A stretch of 64,000 nt of DNA from Octopus vulgaris. Lineage: Eukaryota. Every line of letters starts with the position of its first letter. Positions within the stretch are counted from its first letter, which is position 1. The stretch lies in assembly GCA_951406725.2 (NCBI GenBank), contig OX597814.1, forward strand, positions 20,212,001 through 20,276,000. The letters are read 5' to 3'. The translations under genes and the position numbers were made by a program. Positions 25,866-39,265 of this stretch are shown here, piece after piece. Below the pieces are notes generated by a model. The model did no database searches. It was not told the DNA's origin and saw only the letters and a program-made list of their open reading frames with translations.

Positions 25866-28800
25866 TTAAAACTGAAATAAATACAAAAGGTGAAATATTT
25901 TAAAATTATACCAAATAAGGTTTGATGGAATGCTTTTTATGTTTTTAAGGCCAAACCAACTTTGGAATAATTATGTCAGGCTTCACAATTTTGGATAATT
26001 TACTTGATAGATACTGGTGTACCTGATTTGGTCCTATGCTCAAGCAAACTGATACAAATTAACTTTCCAACCATGTGGTTTTGAGTTCAATCCCATGGCA
26101 TGACACCTTGGACAAATGCCATTTACTCTTGCCTTGAGTAAAACAAAGCCTTGTGAGTGTATTTGAAAGATGGAAACTGAGAGAAGCCTGGTGTATATAT
26201 GCATGATGTGTGTGCTCTTGACTCCTTGTCTTAACATCACATGCTAGTTGTAAATAAACATCACTATCATACAAACGGTGCCATTCATTTGTAATTTTCC
26301 TAGAAATATCTGATTGTGTTTAGAGGACTAGGGAGAAATGTTACCTTACTTCAAAATAAGTGATAAGGAAGGACGTCTACCTAAGTGAATTTCATCCCAC
26401 CCACGTGTGCATTGTAAAGTTTATGCATATAATCATCAATGACAATGACTATATTCTTTCACTTGTTTCAGTCATTTGACTGTGGCCATGCTGGAGCACT
26501 ACCTTTTAAAGAGTTTTAGTTGAAGAAATCAGTCCCAGGACTGATTCTTTGTAAGCCAAGTACTTATTCTATCAGTCTCTTGTGCCAAACTGCTAAGTTA
26601 TAGGGACATAAACATACCAGCATCAGTTGTCAAGCAATGTCAGGGGAGACAAATATATACATAAACATATATATATACAACGGGCTTCTTTCAGTTTCCG
26701 TCTACCAATTCTACTCTCAAGGCTTTGGTCAGCCTGAGGCTATAGTAAAAGATACTTATCCAAGGTACCACGCAATAGGACTGAACCAGGAACCATGTGG
26801 TTGAGAAGCAAGCTTCTTACCACATACCCATGCTATGTACATCAGATTTTTTTTTTTATTGTATTCAGTGTTTTATAAATTTTCTTCATTTGAAAATTTG
26901 AGCTTTAGTTACATCATGACTTTGAAACAAGTTTTCAAGTTATTGTTGGCACATGTCATGTGTAAAGATCAACATGAAGCTCAATTCTTTTTACTCTGTT
27001 AAATTTAGCTGGAAATTTGCAATTATGAAATATAAAAAAGAAAAAAAGTTAAATGATTTTAAACATCTTGCTTTGCTAGCCATTAAATTCTGGTTTTTAG
27101 TTTAATATATTTCTTTACTACTCACAAGGGGCTAAACACAGAGGGGACAAACAAGGATAGACAAACGGATTAAGTCGATTACATCGCCGCCAGTGCGTAA
27201 CTGGTACTTAATTTATCGACCCCGAAAAGATGAAAGGCAAAGTCGACCTCGGCGGAATTTGAACTCGGAACACCACGCATTTCGTCCGGCGTGCTAACGT
27301 TTCTGCCAGCTCGCCGCCTTCTTTTTAGTTTAATAATACTTCTAATAAAGGTGCAAAGCCAGATTTTGGGTTGGGGGATTGAGTAAATAAACCCTTAGTA
27401 TTTGACTGGTACTTATTTTAATGACCTGAAATGAAAGGCAAAGTTGATCTCGGCAGCATTTAAACTCGGAATGCAAGACCCATTTTTTAAAAAATAGGTT
27501 TACTACCATCATGACTTTTAACGGAAAATTATTTAGTCTAGCCTGATACTGACAACATAAATTAGATGGTTTTTGTTGTTTAGCGCCCACTTAATCCAGG
27601 TTGAAGATCTGTTCTAAAGCATTGCAACTATGAACATCTTGTCTTTAGATCTTACAGTCCTATGTAGAACTGTAATATCTAAAGTATCCTGTCTTTATAT
27701 AGGACTCTGAAGTGTGATTTAGCTTATATTTTAAAGCTGGTCAAGTAACCATGTAAAGACCTTGTTAGTTTTACTGTATTTTCTATTCATTTCTTTAATG
27801 CTGCTTTGTGAAAACTGTCACAATATTCACTGCTTATGTTCTTGTTTGAAGCCCTGATTGAGCAAGCTTATGATCAAAGGTGTGCTGACTATGAATATTT
27901 TGATTTCTTTTTTTTCAAAGGCCTAGTATAACTAGCACCACTTTATCCAGTATATTCCTCCTTTTTTAAAAAAGATGTTTAATCTAGTGGGTTGATTGAC
28001 TACATAGATACTTCCCCAGGTCAATAGAATAACAATGTATGACCTACAGATCCCACTTCTTACTTATCTCATGTATCCCCCACCTGAGTCAATTTCTGAA
28101 CTCCCATGTAGTCCATTACTGCTTTCAGCCAAGACAAGCAAGGTGAACTCTTGTGTAATAGTTGCTCTTTCTATGCCCTCATTGTTAGTGGTTTGCACTC
28201 CAGAACAGTGCTTGGTGCCAGTGAGATTAATGATGTCTATTTTTGTATGCAAGTGTTTTCTTTTGTCTTGATTCATCAGAAGAGTGTTTTAGAATACTGT
28301 TACAGTCAGACTCAGTAGCATTAGAACTGTAAAATATTGAAAATTTTATCCCTATTAAAGAAAAAGTAACTCTTAAGAATAAAAGTTAACTGAAAAATAT
28401 AAATCCCAAATTTTCTATCATCTTGTTCTTTGAAACAAAACTGCTTCTGTGAGAATCCCCTGTTGTAACTTTTAAGTCTGGTTTGATTATTTTCAGTGCT
28501 GAAAATAGTCAAATTATGTGTAATTGGAAAGTTTAATGCATTATATTACATTTAGTCAGAACAAGTGCCTTTTTATCAACTAACGTCAGCAACCTAATAA
28601 CTGCTTCTGACTGACACCCACAGACCACCTACATAATGAAGCAAAAATATGAAAATTGAAGACAATCTGGATATGCAAAGGGCACAGTTTGTTGTGCAAT
28701 AAGCTTCAACCTTCATTGTTCCTGCCAGGAAAAAAAAAATCTTCAAATACCCATATGTATATATGACACTTCAGAATACTATATCAGTATTCTGAACTTT

Positions 28801-29196
28801 GATTTCACCCTTTCAGGGTCAATAAAATAAGTACCAGTTGGCTTTGTGTCAAAATTAGAAAGAAACATTTTACAGTATAATTTTTCTTTCATTTAATGTA
28901 ATGAAGCAAATCTTAAAGGATTAACTCTTTAACCAGTTTCAGCCTGAAAGCTGCGGTCATGCTGGGGCTAGGTGTTCAGTCATTTAGTTTTATGAAGTAC
29001 TTTACATTTTTTAAATTGGTCAGCTAAGATGTTAATTTTCTTTTGTAGTGTTTTTATAGTTCATTTCTTTTGTCCCCTTTTCAGTCTTTTGATATTAACA
29101 GCCTCTTTAAATTTTGTAAGCTTAATTTGTGTTTGTAACTTCCATAAATAATATAAAAAAGAAAGCTTCACAATTCACCATGTCTATATATATATA

Positions 29197-29935
29197 TTGG
29201 GTCATCCCATAAATAATTCTGTTTTTTTTAAATACTTCTTTTACTTTTCAAAATTAAGATAAACAAAGTTCTTTTTTAATCTAAAATATACTCTCCTTCA
29301 TTTTCTACAATGCTCTTCAATCTATCTGGTAGACTTGCAAGGCCCCTCTTTCAAAATTCACTTGCACATGACAAAAAATACTCCTCCATTACTGTTCTGA
29401 CCTCGTCTACAGAATTCATATTTTTTTCTGTCCAAATGATTTTGAAGACTGTGGAATAAATGATAATCAGATGGAGCAATGTTTTGCTTTACGAGTTCAA
29501 TAAAGGCAATAGAAAGTGCAAGGAATATTAATGCAATATATGGGGATTGAATAATAAGTGCAAGCCAGTGTCAATGGTGGTTTGAGAAATTCCAAGCTGG
29601 ATACTACAGCCTAGAAGACGAGCCTTGTCCTGGATGATATATAGAGCTCAATGGCGACACCCTGCAAACCCTGGTGGAACAAAATCCCATCATTACTGTT
29701 GAGGAACTAGCAGAGCTGCTTGGATTTGGTCGTTCAATCATTCAGCATCTGCATGTCATCAGAAAAGTCAGCTAATTGGGTCAATGGGTTCCTTACAAAC
29801 TTTCTGAGTAATCGCACACAGAGAGTGAATGTGTGTTCTTCTTCGTTGTCATGTCTAGCAAATGAACGTTTTTTGGATCAAATAGTGACAGGTTATGAGA
29901 ATTGGGTTTTCTATAAAAGTGTCAAGCACCAAGTG
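29197..29935. mobile_element. Rearranged mariner transposase remnant
   Basis: 29197-29482 is TIR plus C-terminus on - (IAPSDYHLFHSLQNHL); 29483-29935 is the N-terminal half on + (QWWFEKFQAG..LEDEP, WVPYKL, IVTGYENW). Confidence 0.8.
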
Positions 29936-29949
29936 AGACCATGGCCCAT

Positions 29950-30431
29950 AGCCTATGCCAGTGGGTGTAACCAGCCGACTTATGAATAGCTGACGTGGCT
30001 GATGACAGTACCGCCTGATTGGCACTCGTGACAGTGGAATGTTAAAAGCACATCTGAGCGCAATCGATGCCAGGACCATGGATTGGCTCCCATGGCACGT
30101 GAAAAGCACCATTTGAGTGTGATCGTTGCCTAACAGGCATGTGAAAAACAACATTCGAGCATGATTGTTGCCAGTGCTGGCAGACTGGCTCCCATGCAGG
30201 TAGCACGTAAAAAACACCTTTTGAGTGTGGTTGTTGCCAGAACCACCTGACTGGCCCTTGTGCCAATGTCACGTAAAAAACCCACTACACTCTTGGAGTG
30301 GTTAGTGTTAGGAACAGCATCCAGCTATAAAAACTTTGCCAGATCAGATTGAGCCTAGTGCAGCCTCTGGTTCACCAGTCCTCAGTCAAACCGTCCAACC
30401 CATGCCAGCAAGGAAAGCAGATGTTAAATGA

Positions 30432-30435
<4 letters not shown>
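29950..30435 (+). mobile_element. RTE-associated 3' tail with internal degenerate ~60-70 bp tandem units and (GAT)n end
   Basis: Recurring aaaagcacc..ttgagtgtg.tcgttgcc units; same tail at 2278-2420, 32545-32730, 43590-43800, 45760-45935, 48850-49010, 51690-51900. Confidence 0.65.
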
Positions 30436-30473
<38 letters not shown>

Positions 30474-31677
30474 GTGTTTTCAAATAGTATAATGTATATA
30501 TGATTAGCCTAAGAGAGGTGTTTGTTGGAGTTGGTAGTACTAAAAATTGAGAAGTTGAAGTCAAAGGTTTCATATACCAACTATACAGACCCTGATGGGT
30601 ATTGTCTGAAGAGCAGGAGATTATGTATAATATTAGTTATATGTTAATTCCGCTGAGTCTTACTTTAAGAAGTCTTTATTGTTACATTAAAAAATAGCTA
30701 TCAGTATTGAGTTGAAAATATTAAAATTTTCACTAAACCCACAATTTGGTTTAATCTTACTAATTTAAAATAAGTTTCTCTAATACAGTAAAATGAAATT
30801 GTAATTTCACTCAACTGATTTTCCTGATGATACTACAAAAACAAATTGGCTTCATTATTTATCGTCATCATAGGGAAAGTGTCAAAAAAAAAACTTTAGC
30901 ATTGGCTTGCAATCTTTTTTCCACATTGCATTGCAAAGTAAGTTAACTTTTCAGTAATGAACTAAGAACTGTCCACGTTCTAGATGATATGTTGTGGGCA
31001 CCAAAGTTAACAAGTATGTTAATGCAGTATTGTTGGAATTAGGTTGCTAATGCAATGGTAACAATGAGTAATTGTCCAGTCAGACAATGGTTACTGCATA
31101 AAGTTTCCTAAGAGAGGAAAGTGGCTGTCAGAGAAAATATCTGGCTATCCCAGTAAGATAGGGAAGGTGGAGATGTTATGCAGTAACCATAACAATTTTG
31201 ACAATTGGTATAGAGCTGTAATGTAAAAGTAGTTTCTGTTACGAAATTTCTTGAGGAGGTTGTGCTGCATACATGCATACCTGCATATTCAGTTCATAAT
31301 TGTGTGGCAAAATGCACTGTGTTGCCCCTGGCTCATTATAAATGTGTAGCATAGGCAGGTTATATATTTTGTGGCCTAACAATTATAGACTAAATATTTT
31401 TATTCATTATCAGACTTATCTAGAAGACTTTATTTTGGGTGGCTTGGCATAGCTTGTTTTTGAATTTGTTTTCCCTTGGTGTGTGTGTGTGTGTGAATTG
31501 TTGGTATCTTCAATGTTAGGAGTGTATTTCTCTGTGTCACCAACAGTTTATTAACTGGCCTTACTTAAGATCTATGAAAGAATCTGCTAAACAGTTGTCT
31601 CTCAAAGATCCTGTTTCATTTATTTTAATGTATTCTGTTCAAACCAAATAATCTATACATTGTTGCATACCTTGTAT

Positions 31678-31809
31678 CAGGGCTGTCTTAAATCCTGGTC
31701 AAACTGGGTAGTTACCCAGGACCCAATTCTGATCTATGTATGCTGTTGCTGACTAGGGCCCAGTACATTCATTTGCCCAGAGGCCTACAATGCTGCCAAG
31801 GCAGCTCTG
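31678..31809. mobile_element. Short hAT-type MITE
   Basis: TIRs cagggctgtctt / aaggcagctctg; TSD ccttgtat / ccttgtgt. Confidence 0.7.
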
Positions 31810-34800
31810 CCTTGTGTATGAAAATTGAATTAATCTTTGGAATATCTTTTTCAGCCCTAAATTTTGGTGTTCATTAACACCAACACCTAAAATGTTAGTA
31901 TGTGTTTAATGCTTTAATAAGGCAGCTAGTATAATTGAAATATTTGACTGTTCAATTAACAGCTACAACACAAGCTTGCTTGACTTGCTAGAAATAGCAA
32001 CCAATTCTACATTGTACCAAATCCTGCCATCTTAAAGCTGTGTACCTTTGATAATGTAGTTTTAGATACAGTACCTAAAGAGGTGGGTTGGTCTTGACTT
32101 GTAGCTAAACAGCTATTACAGCTCAATTGTTATTCAAATTTTATACCACCATCCCACTGCCCATGATTTTCACTAGATGTAGGCCCCTCCGTTCTCTCTC
32201 ACATCAGCACACTCTCCATGCTCTAACATATCTACTATACCCCACTCCCAGCCACTCCATTTTCTCTCACCATCACTTGTTATTGTCATGTCTTCCCCAT
32301 CTGTAAACATCTTTCCTCACACTTTATGGAATATCCCCATCACACTCTTATCCCTGCTGTACTACTTATACTCCTCCTCACTGTTCCCTGTAAATAGCCC
32401 CTAATACATCTCTAACACCATCTATTTCTCTCTCTCTCTCTCCACCTTCCCTATCTTACTGGGATAGCCAGATATTTTCTCTGACAGCCACTTTCCTCTC
32501 TTAGCTGAGAGGTTTTCGTCTTCCAAGCTACTTGGTGACCTTACTGGTGCCACATAAAAAGTACCCAGTACACTCTCGGAGTGGTTGGTGTTAGGAAGGG
32601 CAACCAGCTGTAGAAACCATACCAAAACAGACAGATGGAGCCTGGTGTAGCTCTCTGGTTTACCAGTTGCTGTCAAACTGTCCAACCAATGCTAGTATGG
32701 AAAACGGATGTTAAATGATGATGATGATGGAGTTACCTGAACAATATTTTGAATAAATAAAATTCCTGTGTAATATACTGTTTTAAATTAAAGACTGGTT
32801 TGCAATGTTATAATTTTGCTTGCTTAACTCAATTGGCCACTTTTTCTTAATCATTTTATGTTTAGTTTCATTTGAATCTAGTCTTGAAATAGTAGATATT
32901 ATCAGCTCTTGCATACATATGGTATTTTTCACAGCCTTGCTGTACTTAAACATAGAACTGTATTCTTTGCAGAGATAACAGCTGACATTAGTATATTCTT
33001 TAAAAAGTTAATCTACTGGGGGTTTTAATTGGCAGTTATCTTCCAAATTCATTGTATGTTGTATCTTCTTTCAAGTAACTAGCGCATGGAAATACTCACA
33101 GTAACTTCTAGCCTATTTTACGTCAGTTGGAATTTATTCTTAAAAATTTGAAATGATTTTCACTACATGAGCATATAATGTGATTTGAAGAAAACTTTAC
33201 ACTGTTTGGAGAAATAATTTGAAGGTTATATTAAATTCACATCAGATTGTTGGAAATAAAAAGGCTTTCTACTCAAAACAATAGAATTCTTATTCTTTAT
33301 CTTTCACTTGTTTCATTCATTAGAATGTGGCCATGCTGGGGTACTGCCTTGAAAAGTTTTATTTGAACAGATTGACTCCAGTTCTCATTTTTAAAATTTG
33401 GGTAGTTCTGTCTGTTTTGTCAAACTGCTAAGTTATGAAGATGTGAAGAAACTAATACTAGTTAGGTGGAGAGAAGGACAAACACAGACACAAATACATA
33501 CATAGATGTATATATTACGAGCTTCCACACAGTTTCCATCTACTAAATCCACTCACAAGGCATTGGTTAGCCTGATGCTATATTAGAAGACACTTGCTTG
33601 AGCTGCTATGCAGTGGGACTGAACTTGAAGCCATGTGGTTCCAAAGCAAGCTACTTAACCATGCAGCCATGCTAGTACCTCATCACTTTTTTATCAATTT
33701 CTAAGAAATTATCTGCTTTTAAAGAATTTTTATTTTACCAGTTTGAAATATTGCATTTATTTAATGATTAAATATGAGATAGTATTCAAATAAGTTTCCA
33801 CTTAAAACACCTATTCCCAAAGCCTTTCAAATATTTAAATTTAACAGAACTTTTTAACATAAAAAAAGCTCACAAATTGTTTAAACTAATCTAATTTTAA
33901 GATTTAGATAGTTATCCACTTTGCTTACACTAGTCATATCATTACCGACAAACTATGTTTTTGTTTATGAGTGCTATTTTTACATCAGACCTAATTACTT
34001 GTATGGGAGGACTCCTACTGTTGGAGAAAACCTCTTCAAACTGAAAGGATATAATCCAGGATTAGATATTTAGAATTTTGAAGATTTTAATCTGAAAATG
34101 ATGTGTGGACATGATAATTTATGATTGTAATTATTACACATTAACACTCAAATCTATCTTATTTCTTAAAGTTCTGTTTTTAAAAGGAAAAGATAGCTAA
34201 TAATGTGTTGTAAATGACCTGTTTAGAGTAGATAAATTTAGAAACTAGATAAACCATGTTGTTGTAGGAGTGTTAATTTGTATTTTTGATTGAAAATATG
34301 CAGGTCACACTTATTAACAACACTATTATGATAAAGAAGTGCAAAACACTAAAATGTTATCTTTAATCATTTTGTGACTCACCCATGCTAGCATGGAAAA
34401 TGGAGATTTAAATGATGATGATGATTTCTGATGGAACATAGTGGCATTGTGTTTCAATTAACTGCTTAAATTTGAATGGGGTTTAGTAAAAGCAAAATAA
34501 CTTTGCTATGCTGAGAACATTTCTTGAAAAGTATTCCTTGCATATAAATTATGATAAATTGCATTTTATATATAAACCTTCTAAAATAGAGCATTTTATA
34601 TTATTTTATATATGGCTTCAGTGGTGTTGATATTAAGTGTTAAACATTTTTTATTATATAACAACTGCAAAAAAAAACGTTTGAATTCTTTAATGTATAG
34701 TTTCTAATAAATAAATTATAAATCTTAACCTACAACACATTCTATTGAATAAAATATCTGAAGGTGCTAATTTTGCATTCTCTCAATCCTGCATTATTTC

Positions 34801-35316
34801 ATCTTGGATTATATTTACTGTAGTTATCTTCCACTGCATAGTTATTGTACTTTTCTTACCAATCACATAACATTCCTGTAGCAATACATCCAGTATATAT
34901 TGATATTTATTTTAAAATTCATCTTTACTTTGCTTTCACCAGTTTAATATATATGTAGTAGATCATACTCTTCTCTATCTATTCCAGTTTCTATAAATCT
35001 TTGTACCATCACTGCCTACACACTATCTCGCTTCTCATATAGCACTTATTTATTTATTATTATTATTATCATCTCAGGTTGACTATGATCATGTAAACTT
35101 ACATTGAAAAGCATTCCAGCTATGACTTTTTTTTTTTTTTTTTTTTGCATATTCAGGGTCAAATTACCTAATATTTTCTTTACTTTTTAAGATACTACTA
35201 TAGTGTCATTTGGAAATTTGGCTACTATTTTTAGTAGATAGACCAACTATGTAAAGCCTCACTTGGTTTGACCTTTGCTTTGTTTACGATACATGTAGTT
35301 GTCAAAATGTATTTAA

Positions 35317-35536
35317 CCCTTTTGATACCAACCCGGCTGAAACCGGCTCTGGCTCTGAGTACAAATATCTTGTTTTCATAAGTTTTGAATTAAAATTTTC
35401 CACCAAATCTTAGTCCCAATTTATGTTCCTAACACTAGCTGAGTGATAACTAAGTTATTTTAATAAACGCTTTGTTATATTTAAAGTAATTGAAAGAAAC
35501 GCAGAGCATCTCAAAATAAATACAGTAATGAAAGGG
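35317..35536. mobile_element. piggyBac-type MITE
   Basis: TTAA-cccttt ... aaaggg-TTAA. Confidence 0.85.
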
Positions 35537-35894
35537 TTAACTCTAAACTAGCTGTTACTATGTCACAAATTCCACCTCCAGCATTATGTTAGTTACTATT
35601 TTTTTCAAGCCATTTGAACTGATAATACATATTTTGTGTATTTTGACTAAAATGTAAATGGTGTGTAGAACAGTAATTTTACATATCAATCCTATTCTGC
35701 TTGTTTTACGTGCACACACACACTTTTGGTATGGCTATTTTCAGTTGGAGCATAATAAATGATAATGATATAAACTTATAATTGACTTGTCTAAGTGGGT
35801 ACATACACACAGAGGCATGTGTGCTGTAATTTTATTTCTTTTTCATTTATTTCTCTTGATAGTTGTATTAATATTTTTTGTTTTTTAATTTCAG

Positions 35895-37366
35895 ATAAAA
35901 ATCAAAATTTGTACTGCTTGAAATGTAGTGCATTTTGCTGTGATAGGTGTGCATCTGTAGACCATGAATATTGTGAAAAAGTTTATCCCTTGAAATTAGC
36001 TGTCGAAAACAAATTGCAGTTGGGTCAAGTTTATAACTCCATCTTGAGTCTCCAAAAGGACAATATAAATTATCTACGAGAGCTTATCACAAAGAAACTG
36101 GACAAGAACAAAAGCCATGGGGACAATCTTAAGCAAGGAATTCAGTCAATTCGGATTCGTGTCAACAAGCTCCTTTTGGACCAGGAAGAAAAACTTCTGG
36201 ATCAAGTACACACTAACTCCCTGATTAAGATAAATTTATTGAAAAAAATACAAGAAGATTGTGATAATAGTATTGAAATGTTAAATACAAAGGTTGAGGT
36301 GATAAATAGTGCCTTATCAGTGAAAAATTCCCAAGAAAGGGAATTCTTAAAGATTTGGGATGATGTTTCAAGTTTTATGACCAAAAACACCTCTCAGCAT
36401 AGAGAAATAAAAACTAAGTTGGAAAATATTCATATTTCTGATCTTCATTTTGAACCAGGAGCTGCTGTGTGTGACATTCTCCGCCACACTTCAAATCTTG
36501 GTAAGCTTACTGATTCCATTCAGTCTGACATTTTTACTCATGAAGTATTCTCTCCAACGAGAAAGCATTCAAGCACGCGGCGATTGTCTTTTAGGTACAG
36601 TACAAACCTTTTAATGGATTCTGAGCTTAGTGTTCATCTGACTGGTATATGTGTAACTGCACAGGATTCTGTTGTAGTCAGTGATTACACAAACAGGAAG
36701 CTGAAAATGATTACTAAAGATAACCATTTAACTTGCTGTGAGCTGATGTCTGGCCCCTACGGAATCGATTACATAGCCAGTCTGTCCGAAGTAGTTGTTA
36801 CGCTTCCAGATATTTTGAAAATTGCATTTGTTTCTGAAACAATGAACCTTAAAAAACAACTAAGTGTTGCCAAGGCATATTGGGCAGTGGCCTATGATGA
36901 ATCTAAAATGACTCTAGTATGTTGTTCTTCAAATCCACCTGCTATAGATATTTTGTATGATGGAGTTCTGATCAAAACAATTGGGTTTGAAAATGAACGC
37001 AGACCACTGTTTTGTGAACCTGAATATATAACCGTCAGTTGTCATCAAAAATTTATTGTTTCAGATTGGAAAAAAAAAAGTTTATTTTGTTGTGATAAAT
37101 CTGGTAGGGTTTCTTCAGCCTTTATTGGTGACTATGGTGTCAACCAGTTACAGTGTCCTTTAGGTGTTACTCTAGATGCAGATGGTTTTATCTATTTAGC
37201 AGATAAAGATAGCAATAGAATTTATAAATTTACCCCAGAAATGACATTTGATAGTATTTATCTTTCAGATGAGGATGAAATTGAACAACCTGTTTCACTG
37301 GCTTTTAACTCTGTAGGTCAACTTTTTGTCATTGAAATTCCTGGTCTGTTGAAATTTTATGGCTAG
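35895..37366 (+). CDS. TRIM E3 ubiquitin ligase, coding exon 2 (rest of B-box 2, coiled coil, NHL-type beta-propeller); TRIM56/TRIM2/3-like architecture
   Basis: Polypyrimidine tract and tttcag|AT; G+AT gives Asp and restores CPKHPDKNQNLYCLKC..CCDRC..DH; NHL-like repeats (PYGI, PEYI..FIVSDW, PLGVTLDADGFIYLAD, PVSLAF); joined CDS 1983 nt = 660 aa plus stop. Confidence 0.92.
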
Positions 37367-37554
37367 AATTTACACCCTTGCAAATTATTGGCTGATCACT
37401 CAAATCTTTTTGATTGATTACTTAATAATATATGAAAATGAATCATTAATTACCTGCAATCCACTTAAATTTTTTTTTTCCTATTGGCAAGAAAATTAGT
37501 TGTATGTGCATCAAATGTCTCTCTCTAGTCATTGTGGAACATGTTCAAATTTGA

Positions 37555-37950
37555 AACATCAGTTGTTATGATAAACATAGCCTAGTCTTTTGTGGATTAT
37601 TTCATTAGCAGAACCAGTACAAATTTGCATATTCTTTACCACTTCATCAGTAGTTACCCATCTGTTCAACAGAACCTTATTATGGACGCATTCAATATGT
37701 TTATGATCAGTACAGGATGTGGTTGGAAAACCGGTTCCTTGCTGGATTACACATATGACCATATTTTAATTTTCAATCCATTTGTAGATGGTCCATAGCA
37801 GTAAACACAGTTCCTGTATTGAAAGCATTTGGTGGATTTTGACTCTTTATGCACCTTCATCTCACAGAAAACAGATCACTGAATACTGTTCTTTTGCAAA
37901 CCAAACAGAAAGCATAGTGGTTATGATTAAGGTCATAATGACTGAAGACC
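37555..37950 (-). mobile_element. Mariner N-terminal fragment just downstream of the TRIM stop
   Basis: VLLNRWVTTDEVVKNMQICTGSANEIIHKRLGY resembles the mariner second HTH. Confidence 0.6.
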
Positions 37951-39222
37951 ACATCTAGTGATGTCATCATTGTTTGAACATCCACTTTTCCATCCTTGCA
38001 TGTATCAAACAAAATCTGTTGAGGTGGACTGTCTGCAGTCAGATGCCTTCACCTGTTTCCAAGTAAGGTAATATTTCCTTATGGCAAGGCATGTTTTCAC
38101 GAAAGATTAGAGGCAAGTGGCATTGCTTGCTTAATGGTGATCTTGTTTACAACTATGACATCATGTCAAGACAAGGAGACATACATACATACACACACAC
38201 ATGATGGGGTTTCTTTCAGTTTCTGTTTACCAGAGCCATTAATGAGGCTTTGGCCAGCCTACATAGCTCTAGCAGAAGATACTTGCCCAAGGTGTTACAT
38301 TATGAAATGGAACCTGAAACCACAGGGTTGGAACCTCTTAACAACACAACCATGATGTGTGTCTAACTAATTCTCCTCCATCCCTTCCTCCAAAAAGGGA
38401 AAAACTTGTAAGTGTATTGTGGTTAATTCATGATTCACTCCTGCATGTCTATAGACTTTTAACTTATTCCTTTTAAAATTTTTTGCTGTTTATTAAAATG
38501 TCTGCCCTTTCCTTATACATTCTTTTACATACATGAATTCATAAACATGTTCACATATACATATGCAATCTGTATTGGTGAATATTCAGACAGATGCATG
38601 CGTACAATTCATTAGCCAGTGATCTATTTTCTTTCCTCTGTAAAATTATCAGAAATATGAGATTAAATTTTTTTTTCTTTCATGAATAAGGAAACAATTT
38701 TACCAGATAACATTGTCAAGATACCCATTGCTACTTTTGAAAGCATTTTCTTAGTTATGTGTTTAGAAATCTTAGATATTTTATGATCTCTGTATTGTAT
38801 CCAGATTTAAGACTATTTTGTCAATGGAGAAGGGAAGGGCAAGAGGATAAATATCTTAAATGGCTCCCTGTTTGTGAAATAAATAAATGACCTGTTCATG
38901 TCCAATAAATTCCTAGTAGTGTAGTAGTATGACTGGATTTTCAATTTTGAGGAATTCCTTCATTTTTATGTCCATTTTTTTCCTGCTGTGAAGGATTAGA
39001 TTTATATATAATAGTAGGCATTGTTTTACAGCTGAATGCCTTTTGTATCACTAACCCTTACATGTTTTGTGAGAAAGGGATCTCTTACTCCATATGTCTT
39101 CAAAAGTGCAGAGTGAGTGAATAATTTGTGGACAAGGAAATAACATTGTTTGTAGCTCGGCAAAATTTTCAGAGAAGCACAAATGTAAGCATTCACACAC
39201 ACATGCACACATATATGCATAA

Positions 39223-39265
<43 letters not shown>

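Noticed and set aside
23348-28276. Short intronic ORFs at 23348-23963 and 28035-28276 as nested genes
   Set aside because: No recognisable domain and no convincing splice or start context
35795-35894. ORF-track N-terminus of the 523-aa ORF
   Set aside because: Intronic polypyrimidine tract upstream of the acceptor at 35894
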